Shown: one piece after another, positions 26,421 through 39,005 of the stretch | How the letters are laid out: each line of letters begins with the position of its first letter | How positions within the stretch are numbered: the stretch's first letter is position 1 | Assembly (NCBI GenBank): GCA_012295275.1 | Contig: CM022669.1 | Coordinates: 3,658,001-3,722,000 of the forward strand | Direction: 5' to 3' | DNA length: 64,000 bases | Origin: Chrysomallon squamiferum | Lineage: Eukaryota > Animalia > Mollusca | Position numbers and translations under genes: made by a program | The notes under the pieces: model-generated | Told to the model about the DNA's origin: nothing | The model's database searches: none | What the model saw: the letters and a program-made list of their open reading frames with translations, nothing else

Positions 26421-29400
26421 ATAAATAAATAAATAAATAAAAGTTACTAATGCACGTATTAATGAAAATGATCGCCTTTATCATAATAACAGAATATACT
26501 TGTTGGTTTATTCGAAATTACAAAGGAATGGAATATTTTTCTTCAGTATTACAAAATATTCTTCCTTATTTTGTCTACTTGATTATTTTATCAAATATAA
26601 TATTCATATATATATATATATGCTTTGTTCGATAAATATTTACTGTTCAATTTTAGTTTCTTTGAGTGATAGATAGATGCAGAATTATATAAAAAAACAG
26701 GTCCTACGCGAATAAACGTTGCTAAACAAAATAGTGTGTTCACGAATCCGATATAAACTGTTTTCTCAGCTGGAAGCAGTAAAAATGTATTAATTTATAA
26801 AAACAAAACGAAAAAAAAAAACGAAAAAAAAAAAAACATTTATAATTTTAAATAGAAACAATAAAATCGCGTCAATACAATAACATTTCAACTTATGTAT
26901 CATCTTTATCATTTTTCATTATCACTGGAAAAGAAAAATAAATAGAAAAAAAAATGCCTCTTCATAAAACTGCTCAGAACATTACGGCAATGGTCGGTGC
27001 TATTCGTAAAGATTTACGAATCCAGGCGATTTATGATCTCCATAGCGAATATTTCGTGGTCCGCTTGTCTCAGATATGCATTGCGAATAATCAGACGTCC
27101 ATACAAAATTAATAACGTTTCAAATTGCATGTCTCCGAATCTTTAAATTAACTTTTATTTTTGATTTATAACAAATATTTTATTTTATATTCGAACGTTC
27201 AAAATTCTCGTTTTTAGCTGCGTAATTGGTACTGAATATACAGTTTGTTTTGTTTTTTTCCAATACAGTAAAAAATATACAGTGGTACCTGTCGTGTACG
27301 GAAAACCGTGAGGCCGAGCCAAAGTGTCCCTACGTTGTAAGTGTCTGCTCATCAGACAGTTCGTTTTGAACATGTGTACAATGTTTATTCACCAACAAAA
27401 AACATTAATCCTCATGGCCGGGAATTGCCAAGAATCACGGCTTTCTTCTAAAATACAATTACAAATATATCGAGTTCTTTGATAGATGTAAATAAAACTT
27501 ATTTTGCTCATCATAAAACTCATAATAAGCATAAAATATATTTTAAAAAACTACTGCGTAAAACCCCAAATAGAGCTCCTTTTTGTGCCAACTATATCAT
27601 CTTTTCGACCTCAAAAGTACCGCTAAGACTCGGTGTTTATAAAACATAAGTGTGCATGGAATGATGTTGAATGTCTGAATTATCAAAATTATGTACTAAA
27701 CTGTTTGCATGCGCACGGTCTTTCGAGCATCGCTTGGCGGTTTCAGTTCTCGGGCTCTTTAGATTCAACAAAAACAACACTCCCTGCATGCACTGCAGGT
27801 GCAGGAAATGGGCGAAACCATTATTAAAAATATAGCATAAAACTGCCGTACAGTAAGTTCATTTATTTTGGAGAAAACAAAACCAAATCGGCATTACCGT
27901 ACTCTTTAGTATTGCAATAATAATAAGAAAATCGTGTTCGCGTCCGTTTTCAGGAGGTTTCCGCTTATTTAAGGAAAATATATATTGATAAACAAAATGG
28001 CCGCACTTCTGGCGGGAGGTGGGGGGCTAGAGACAGGTACCATTATATTAGAATTATTTTCCATATTTCTACATAGGATTTTATTTATTAGTAGCTAATA
28101 AAAGATGAGGTTAATAAAGATTTAATTGTCTCTGTTTGTTTTGTTTTTATAATATTTAATATTTCAGTTAACGTTTGCCTGATGTCCTGCTAGATAATTT
28201 AATTAAAATCAGTCGTAAACCGTTCACTAATAAGTACACATACTGTAAGAATCACACAAACTTATATTTTCGTTCTTGGATAATTCATTGCGAACAGTTA
28301 ATTAATCGCATCTTTTCTGGTCATATCAGTTCGTAAAATTTCAAATTCGCCATATTCATAATTTGTCACATTCAGTCTGGTTTTATAACTCACACAGCCA
28401 TCGATACCTTCACAGCAATTAGGTTAGGATTTGGATATTGGATTATGACGTGCCTTTCTTTCCTTCTTTCTTTTTTTTTTTTCCTGCACACCATTTTGAA
28501 ACAGACGTAGTGAAGTATTAACAGACAGAACAATTACGTTTGATAACTTCTGCCGCAGACGTAGTAGTAGCTGGGATCGTTCTGAACAACAGACGTGTTT
28601 CACTGAACTTTGTCATGATTAGCTGTATGTTTTTGTCTAGACTTTACTAAGCTGAGGCAAGACTGTGAAACACGATGAAAGCGACTCACGAACAATCACA
28701 TCCGTATTAAACATATTAGAACACTTCTGTAACTGGCGAATACGAGAGTAATGACTTGTTTTCCAGTGGACGGTATTTCTCAAGAATGATCCGGGAATTG
28801 TTTAAAAGCTACCAGATTAAGATTGTTAATGCTATAATAAACTAGATCGCAAAAGGAATATCTTAATCTAATTACACACTAATAATATGTATAAACACAC
28901 ACACACACAAATTACATACATAATCGTACGTACATACAGACACACACGTTATATATTACACATATATACACTTTATAAAGATATACGCACACATATATAA
29001 TATACATACATATGCAGTCATCATCAAATATTTACATATTTCTATCTGGTGAAACGTTAATGACTGCAAAGGGTCTCCTAGAATATTTTATTCTGTATCG
29101 ATGACTGCAAGTTCTTTTCTGCAAATTATTATTATTTTTTTCTTTCTTCATATTTCTAGATAAAATATTGATGTTGTGTTTCCACGATTTTGTGCCTTTA
29201 ATTAGCTCTGGCTGTTCTTGATTGTAGCATCAACATTAAATTGACTAGAAACTTCACAGACTGTCAATAGCACACTGAGGTCAGACCTCCTCGCTGTACG
29301 TGCCTTTTTCTCCGTTTCCTTTTCCAACCATGACAGGGATGTTACATCGAACACTGTAATTTGAGCTTTCCTGTTTATGAGAGAGTTTATATAAAAAAAT

Positions 29401-30815
29401 GTATTTATGCTAGTGTGTAAGAGTAGCTTGTTTCCTCTTTCGTACACTATTTATTCTTCTTCTGCGTTCAGTCGTGTGTTAAGTTAATGAAACAGCCGTT
29501 AACAACCATTCAGAGAAAAAAATAAATTAATATTAATTTACTTATTAAACCGGAGGTACTTTTTGTATGTATTATTAAAGATTATGTTTTTTTTTTTTTT
29601 TTAATACAAAAGTTTTAAGTCACTGCCGTATTTTAACCATTAATCTTAGTATTCATTATTTTTTTCCGATTAAAGATTGTTTTTGTTTTTACCAATACAA
29701 AAGTTTGAAATTTAATGGTATTGCTACATTTTAATCGTTATTCTTAATGTTCTCTATTTGTTTTACGATTGCCTTCTGCTGTTCACTTTCTCTTCTTCAA
29801 CCATTTCCCAATCGCGTCATGCCCCTTTCCACTTTGATTAGTCTCTATGTCTTGTATATGTGAAGGTAACCTCTGTGTGCATAAATGATGTTGAAAAGAG
29901 CTGCGTAAGGAAATAGCATCTTAAATATCATCACTGTACAACATCGCCAGATATTAAAAAAATATATAATAATAATAAAAAAAATAAATAAATAAATAAA
30001 ATTCCCACCATATGAATTAATAAAATACAGTATTAAAATGTAAGCTTTCAGTTTTTGAGGTAAACAAATAATTCCATCTATTTTCTTGTAATACTGATAA
30101 TTAATAAAAGATAAAGCAAGTATGGATAATCATGTAATATAAACTGATAAATAAATAATCATATCTCTGTTATGTAGCACAAACGAATAAATAAATAAAT
30201 AACTCTTTATTTAGCTATTTAAATCTCTTCTTCTCACCACTAAACCTAATGATTACTGTCCAGACAAAACAAACATTCAATATAGAAATGGTCGATCGGA
30301 ATTCGCTTACGTTTGAGTATACTTCACAAAGTCCAAACTAAATGAGCATATAACCTAATCAGTGGCTAATTACACGACGAATTAGCCCAGTTGTCATTTC
30401 TTATTGGAGAGCGAACATTCCAATCCGATCCTTCACACAATTACGACTCTGTGATACGGTCGATAAAAGGTTGTGCTGAGATAGAAATAAGAATCGACTT
30501 GGTTCGGTGTATGCCAGGGTTAATGACACATCTGATACCAGTAAATTTGTCCTTATCGTAGACAGTCCACTCCTTCGTTAGCTAGAAGTGGCAAAATAAA
30601 ATTTATATTAGAGAAACGAGATTAATTCACCGTGTCTAGTTTACTTTGCAAGTTAAAGTACAGCCCGAATTCGATAAATTTGAAAATCGTTTTTAAATCG
30701 GAAAAGGTCAGTGGTAGGTTTCATATATGTCAGATTATCTGCATAAATATATGTCAGATTATATGTATAAAGGGAATGATATATATTAGCAATATATTAA
30801 TGAAAATGATAATTT

Positions 30816-30880
<65 letters not shown>

Positions 30881-31684
30881 AAACAAAACAAAAGCAAATA
30901 AGATCATTTTCTAATGAATAACAGCTCTAGTGTACCATTATTATGATGAAAGCATTAATGTTACTTTTTTCTTTGTGGTTATTTGAGTTTTATTATCAGA
31001 AATAGATGCACAAATTGGTGCAGTTTCATTTAGAAAGCAAAGCATCAAAATGGTGGAGTTTAATTCAGAAACGGAGGCATCGCATTAGTTGACCTATAAA
31101 TTTCGCTTTAAAGCAGTTAGGACCAAATATAAAACTCATAATATCGGAACAGGCACCAAAAAGCTTGCAAGAAACACACCGACTGCTTACTACTTAAACA
31201 TCGCTATCGATCAAGCGTTTCAGCATGAATAAGAAATTTCACTCTGTCGCGATCTTCAAAAACACTTGCCAATCGTTAGAATAAAATAAACTTCGTCCTT
31301 TCTTTAGAAAAATCCAATATTCCTTTGCCAGGAGTCCCAGTTCTCCCATTATGAAGTAAAAGTGAGGGAGAGAATGAAAGAAAGAAAGAAAAAAAAAAAA
31401 TCCATTTCGTTTTTATTATTTTGGAATATCTTTCGTTTAGCTTTCCTATTTGCAAGGAGTTAACCTTTTTGTCTCATTATTCACATAAATACAGACGAAG
31501 AGGCGATTACAAAACTTTTTTGTTGTTGGACTGTAGAAATCCAATTTTTTGACTAACCAAGATGGCAATGATAATGGTGATTACTATGTCAATATATGAT
31601 TAGGTTATTTTATTTATTTATTTATGTACATTAAAAAACTATACAACAACATCGGTGATGATGACGCTGATGATGATGATGATG

Positions 31685-31745
<61 letters not shown>

Positions 31746-31824
31746 TAAGTAAGCATCTTTATATATATATATATATATATATTAAATTATATATGTATAT
31801 GTATGCATGTGTACGTGTATGTCT

Positions 31825-31870
<46 letters not shown>

Positions 31871-32600
31871 TACAAGCGTTTAAGAATTTCAAGAAACAGA
31901 ACGGATCTTCCTTTTAAAATTGTTCACGGACAACGTCATCAGTATGAGTAATGGGATGACGTCATGACAATGTAACACAAACAAAGCGACGACTTTAAGA
32001 AGCACGAGGCCTCTGTATCATTACATAAACAAACTGATTTAATTACGTGAGAAAAGTAATTTAATTTTCTTTTTATAAAGTCAAACGTTATGTTTTACTT
32101 AAAACTTTACTAGAACAGTTTGTCAATTTGTGTTTCTTTTTATTGTTGTTGTCTTTGTTGCTGTTGATATTGTATCGTTGTTGGTTGTCTGCTTGTTTTT
32201 CATTTTTCTAATTATTTAAGGAAATCCGTTTACGTTTTTATTTCTCGTCTATATATTGATTTTAATTTCAACTTAAAACCGTCCATGCAGTAAGTTCAGA
32301 AAAAAACAAACAAAAAAACAACAACAACAAATTACTCAGAATCGAACCAAGCCAAAAGGGAATCTCAGGGAAAGTTAGTCTTTACGCCAATGTCAAGTTT
32401 ATATTGAGCATTTTAAATAAACTTTGTTCAATGTCTCTAATTTACTGGTATAAGATGTACACGGATAAAGAATCTGAATTCATCGAAATTTCAGCATGGA
32501 AGATCTTTGCATAGCCGTAAACGTAAGCAGTGATCAAAATTATTTTAATCTTAGATTGTGTTTCTGCATTACAGATGTCTCCCAAAACTTGTAAATAATA

Positions 32601-32649
<49 letters not shown>

Positions 32650-32754
32650 GAATGAATTAATGAATGAATGAATAAACGAATGAATGAATAATAATCTAGA
32701 AATTATAAAACGAAGAAAAGAAAACTCTAGACAGACTGAGTATTATTAAAAACA

Positions 32755-32760
32755 TTTATT
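32755..32760 (-). terminator. Candidate poly(A) signal for CCP1 (would give a ~2.4-kb 3' UTR)
   Basis: AATAAA on the - strand followed by a T-rich tract, near where CpG depletion ends. AATAAA is very common in this DNA, so support is weak. Confidence 0.25.
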
Positions 32761-33247
32761 ACATTAAAATGGCTAATGATTACATAAGGTATATTTGTTA
32801 CTTGCTAATATTTTGGTGTGTATATAGATATATATATATGTATATTTTGCAAAGATGTTATTTTGGATTATTGATAAATACTGGTCCACACCCAATTCCA
32901 TCTCTAGATTTTCATACAAAAAACACACAAATACATGAAACACATGCAGACATGCAAGCAAATAAATGAACTAGCTTAACAAAACATTTTTTTTTCTGTA
33001 CGTGAAGGCAGATCCATGGAATAACAAAAAAAGAATGGAAGACACAAACATTAAATGATGTAAAATATTTATGCATACATATTTTAAAAGGTTTTCTTTT
33101 CTTTGTATTTTATTTTATTTTATTTTTAAAAAAAATTTAAATTATTATTAATGTAAAATAATAAGCTGTAATATAAAACAATAGAAAATGCTCATTAACA
33201 AATAAATGAATATATGCTTCCCACCATACTAAACACAATAAATAATA

Positions 33248-33319
<72 letters not shown>

Positions 33320-33907
33320 TAAAAAAAAAAAAAGTAAAAAAAAAAAATAAATAGAGGACAAAATAGCCATATTTTAAAACACATTACAAATAAACCACCA
33401 CTTTTATAACCTGCTCTTATGTATAAACAAAAATATTGAATCACAAAGGAGTAAAAGATATCAAAATAATACAATTAAAAATAAAGGCTAATAAATATGT
33501 ATTTAAATGCAAACAATAAATAAATTAAAACTTTTTTTTTTTCACTGAATAAAAAATAAAAACATCAAAAACTTAATAATTAAATTATAAATTAACAGAC
33601 CATAGGATTTTTTTCTCTTACAATGGCATAGAATAGTGACTAAATTGTTTAAAGAGTGGAATCTTTATAATCCAAGGATCAGTGGATGGATTTTACTTGA
33701 GTATTTGAGACAGAGAAAAGTAATCTGACATCAAACATAAATATGTCAGCTTAAATGCTTTATGGTTAAACTACACTAGTTTGTAAACATATTTATATAT
33801 ATATACATGCATGTACATCCCCAGAAAATAAATTTGCAAAAAACATTGGTTGTAAAACAAGATCAGTTATTATATATATAAATATATAGATAGATATAAA
33901 ATTATGA

Positions 33908-33944
<37 letters not shown>

Positions 33945-35119
33945 TATATATATGAAGAAAAACTTCATATGAAAATAAATATACAAGTAGGCATATACAC
34001 ATGTATGAAACCCATATAACTTTGATAAATTTGTAATTTAATTTAATTACTTATAAAAGGAATAGATTTTTAATTTTTTTATTGTAACTGAAATTTTTTT
34101 TTTCAAATAACTATCATTTATTCATAATCATTATCTATGTAATCATTTGAAGTGTTCATCATTAGTTTTCATCATCCCTGAAATCCATTTCCAAGCTGAA
34201 TAATCATTCATATTTTTTCATATTTTCATTTTTAAATCATACAGAGATTACTACAAAACTTTTTGTCATCAAACTGATAATTTAAAAAAAAAATGATAAC
34301 ACCTAGCACATACTTTCATCATGAATCAATCATATGATGAATCATTTACATTGTTTACAACAGTTTTTTGTCAACATTTTAATCATTTACATTACTTAAA
34401 TTTTCATCTGGAATTCTTGATCATCAAATGAACTGTTAACATTGTTATGGCAAGATTGGGTGAACTTAAATCATTCTCATTGTGTACAGGAATTTATCAT
34501 CATCACACTTATATTCCAGTTAATGTAAGGATGATAATCTTTATAATCATTCACTGTATACAGGAATTAATGTTGTGTTATATTCCAGTTTACAGAATGA
34601 TGGCAAACATTGCACAGTGTATATAGACATTTATCATCATCACAAAATTAATATTCATCATACACCAGATTATCAAATGATAATAATCTACATAATCATT
34701 CATTGTAGATAGGAATTTATTGTCATCATAAAATGAATGTTGTATTTATCCCATTTAAAAGAATGATGATAATTCATATAATCATTTACACCATTTGCTG
34801 TAATTTTTCATCTACTGATTTTATCTTTCTTTTAAATAATTAACATCTGTTTATGTATCTTTTCTTCATGACAAAACTGATACTGTACAATAACTTAGTC
34901 TGAAGAATTAACCAATCATCTTTTTAATAATTTACTTAATCAAATCAATCATTAATCAGTGTAAAAACAATTTTTGGAAATCGTATATTAATGGAATTAT
35001 GATCATCAGTAAAATCATATAGAGAATTTTAGACAAGTTTTCATCATTAGAAATTAACATTGTGTGATGTTTCAGCTTCAAGAATTGAATGATAATCATT
35101 CAGTCATCATTCTGAGTAT

Positions 35120-35303
35120 TTAAGGCAAGGTTTCATCATCAAATGTTTCTTCATCTTCTTCTCCGAAATCTTCTTCACTATCTGAGGCATTAAGGTCAAG
35201 GTCAAAATAGCTGGTAGCCGCAGGATTGAACTCATCATCTTGACAACCTCCGCTGATGGAGGTGATGCTGTCTGAAATATCCTCTTCATTGTCCAAGTCA
35301 ATG
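35120..35303 (-). CDS. AGTPBP1: CCP1 exon 24 (acidic C-terminus, stop)
   Basis: ttcag|C ATT GAC...[20 protein letters not shown]; phase 2 matches exon 23. Confidence 0.8.
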
Positions 35304-38300
35304 CTGAAACAGGAACAATTTACAGTTTAGTATTTAGAATGGTTTGATTTAAATACTGACTGAGCAACAAAACTGTTACTTCATAACACTGGATATCATA
35401 CTGTGAAGTAACAGTGGTGTTGTTTAGCAAGCCAGTGTGTTTAAAACAAACTACTGCTTATACTGTTTTATGACAAAAACAAGCCAGTGTATTTAAATCA
35501 CCATATTATATATACTATTTTATGACAAAAATAAGACAAACAGTGTGCTTAAAACAAACTACTGCGTATACTGCTTTATGACAAAAACAAGCCAGTGTAT
35601 TTAAATCACCATATTATATATACTATTTTATGACAAAAATAAGACAAACAGGTGTGTTTAAAACAAACTGCATGGGTTGAGGAATAAGTCATTGCAGTTA
35701 AATTAAATAAATCATTACACAGAAGAAAAATTAAGCTTAATGGATAACAAGATGTAATTTAATCAATAATGTATTCTGTTGTTATTTACCACTTCTTCCC
35801 AACAATAATAATTAAGCTTAAGTTTTCTTCTATGTAATGATTAAATTTAACTGCAATGATTTATTCCTCAACCCAGTACTACTTTATGACAAAAACAAGA
35901 CAAATGATGTATTTAAATCAAACTGTTGTAAATATTGATAGTGACTGTTTAAAGTTTGTCTTTTGATGATAACATGAATGGTTTAAAGAAATAATGGTTG
36001 TTTTATATAGATTTGGTGTCCATGGATTTGTTTTATGGATTTGTAACAAGTATGGGTGCTATCACAAGTTGTATTTTGGTTTTGTGATTTTTTGTTGGCT
36101 TTTTTTGTCATCATTTCATATAGTTATAGAAATGTTAAAAAAGAAAAAAAGATTAAAATTAATCAAATTAGTTTATGACATTGCTATATATAAAATGAAA
36201 TCACAAAACAAAGGAAAATATCTATCTCTGTTTACCCATTTGAGCTTTGTATATTAAAAAATTGTATTTTATTAAGAATAAAGGTTGGTGTATTCAAACA
36301 AATAAACAAATCACATTAATATATTCATAATGAATAACATAACATAAAACATTTAATTTAAGACTATTTTTCAGCACTAATGCAAGGAATTTTTTGCATC
36401 CATATTCATGTAACTTAGCTTGACAGGAAAATGAACAGTACAATTACACGGAACCTTTCTGCCGCTATCTAACATTTTAAAGTTTATTTCTAAGGACTGT
36501 TACATGGATCAATTTGTCATCTCATGAATAGAAACTGCAGTCAGTGTATGAATATGGAAAGAGATAACTCATTTTGAAGTACTGCATTTGGAAGATGACA
36601 AAGAGGATTTGATATGTTATCCAAATGAAGACAAATGTGCAGATGTTACATTCTGTCTGTCAGTCTATGATGTTTTCAAACTGATTCAACCAGCATGAAT
36701 ACTGTCTGGTTTAATAATTTTATAGCTTAAAAAAACACATCTAAACTTAGAGAGCATGCACATTTCAACACACACACACATGCATGCAAACTCTCCATTA
36801 AAGGCTCTCTTTGAGCATGTCTATCTATTTAGCTATTTATATATTTATCTACCTGCATACCTACATATCTACATATCTACTTACCAACCTACCATCCTAC
36901 CTATATCTATCTATCAACCTACTTATCTATCTATCTACTTATCTACCTACCTACCTATCTACCAACCTACCTATATACCTATCTATCTATCTATCTATCT
37001 ATCTATTTATCTACCTACCTACCTATCTATCATTCTGTGTTGCTCTCTGTTTAGTAAAAGGTGCCTGACAGAAAGAAAGCACACACGTATACTTACACAG
37101 ATTCAGGAATTTGAGACTCAAGCGGGACCTGACTTGGTTTCACAGTTGGAAGTTTGTCAAAGGAGAGACAAGTCTTTGACATTCGCAGAAGACCCTCACA
37201 GAACTTCTGTCCCATTTCTTCCAAAATCTGTGTGTTCATGTGCTGGTCCTACAACATGTTTTATATAGTGTCACTTACACTCATAATATGATTTACTTTA
37301 TTCATATGTTCAGTTGGACTTTTTTCAAGTTTCATTCAAAGTATTGCAATTAATATATATGTTAATATTATTACTGTGTATGTAAATTATTTATCAACAG
37401 CAGCACACTGAAATTTATTCCCAATTAAAAACACTTAATTTCATACATATACTGGCAATACATACACTCACTCAAATGTACATTCCTGTATACATATTCA
37501 TAAATACCACAAACATGTACATTCACACAGACACACACACACACACACTCATACACTCATACATGCATGCTAATACATACATACACACACATACATAAAA
37601 ATATGCACACATAAACTCAGAGGCACAACCACACACACACACAAACACAGAGGCACAAATAAACACACACACAAAACACACAGGGCACAAACAAACACAC
37701 ACAAAACACAGAGGCACAAACACAACACACACACAAACACAGAGGCACAACCAAACACACACACAAAAAACAGAGGCACAACCAAACACACACACAAAAC
37801 ACACAGAGGCACAACCAAACACACACAAACACAGAGGCACAACCACACACACACACACACAACACAGAGGCACAAACAAACACACAAACACACAAACACC
37901 ACGACACAACCAAACACACAAAGACACAACCAAACACACACACACAACACAGAGGCACAACCACACACACACACACAACACAGAGGCACAACCAAACACA
38001 CAAACACACAAACACAAAGACACAACCAAACACACACACACAATAAAAAAGATGTTACTCACCCTTGTACTTCCCCTGGTCACTTCCCCATGGTGGTCAC
38101 ACCCTCCACACCACCACCCTGTAGCTGCTCTCCATGGTGTAGCTGCGTATGATGCCGATGTGCCTCCACACCACCACCCTGGCCGTTGTCTCCTTCGACC
38201 TCTCAACAACAAAACTACAGTTCTGCAGGGAGAAGCCTGGAGCTGTGGCATGGAGAATCCTCGGCAGTGTCTGTAACAACAGAATCAGTCAACAGTGAAA

Positions 38301-38954
38301 ACATGCACAACTACACTGAAAGTTTGAGAAAGTCTTTTATAGGGAAACAATTCAGAATTTGGTAAATTACAGAATCAGTCAACACTATAAAAACATTCAC
38401 AATTACACTGAAGTTTGAGAAAGTCTTTTGTAGTCAAAAAATTCAGAATTTGGTAAACAACAGAATTAATCCAATAATGTCAAAACAAGCCTAAATAGAC
38501 TGAAAGTTTCAAGAACGTCTTCCATGTATAAATAATTTAGAATCTTGTAAACAATCAGGTTTATCAGCCCAAGGCAAGGTTAGTATGTTAAAAGATGAGT
38601 TAGACAGGAAAGGGTTTAGTGCTTCTACATTTTCCCTATTATATCTACATGGAGATCAGTTCTTGGATTTGATCCCAGTTCCTACCAGCTTTACATGAAT
38701 GCCTCATATTAATATTTAATTATTAATTAATAGTTATTACTATTTATCTGTGTCATAAATGAGCTAGCAAGGCCAAAATAAAATGGAAAATGATTACAGT
38801 GTGTGTGCATGTTCTAGCCTAAATAGACTTCAGATGTGCTTTAGAATAAGAAAATTAATTATACTTTGTCACTGTAGTAATAGTTAAAATAAGTAACTAA
38901 CTAAATAAATCAACAATAATAAAAAAATATATAAAATACATAATGAAAATAAAA

Positions 38955-39005
<51 letters not shown>

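Noticed and set aside
29202-29880. Possible - strand exons (81-aa ORF and a purine-rich segment)
   Set aside because: I could not build a phase-consistent chain or recognise any homology, and stops occur in the candidate frames.
35107-35301. 64-aa [13 protein letters not shown]...
   Set aside because: It is the wrong frame of CCP1 exon 24; splice phase selects the acidic frame ending at 35120.
38097-38099. Selenocysteine or read-through TGA in CCP1
   Set aside because: The TGA lies in a patchwork duplication and does not align with a conserved Cys. An additional +1 phase error follows, and I saw no SECIS.
37523-38276. Cys/Val-rich ORFs of 140-242 aa and an antisense His/Pro ORF
   Set aside because: They are translations of the CA-rich minisatellite and shadow frames of CCP1 exon 22.
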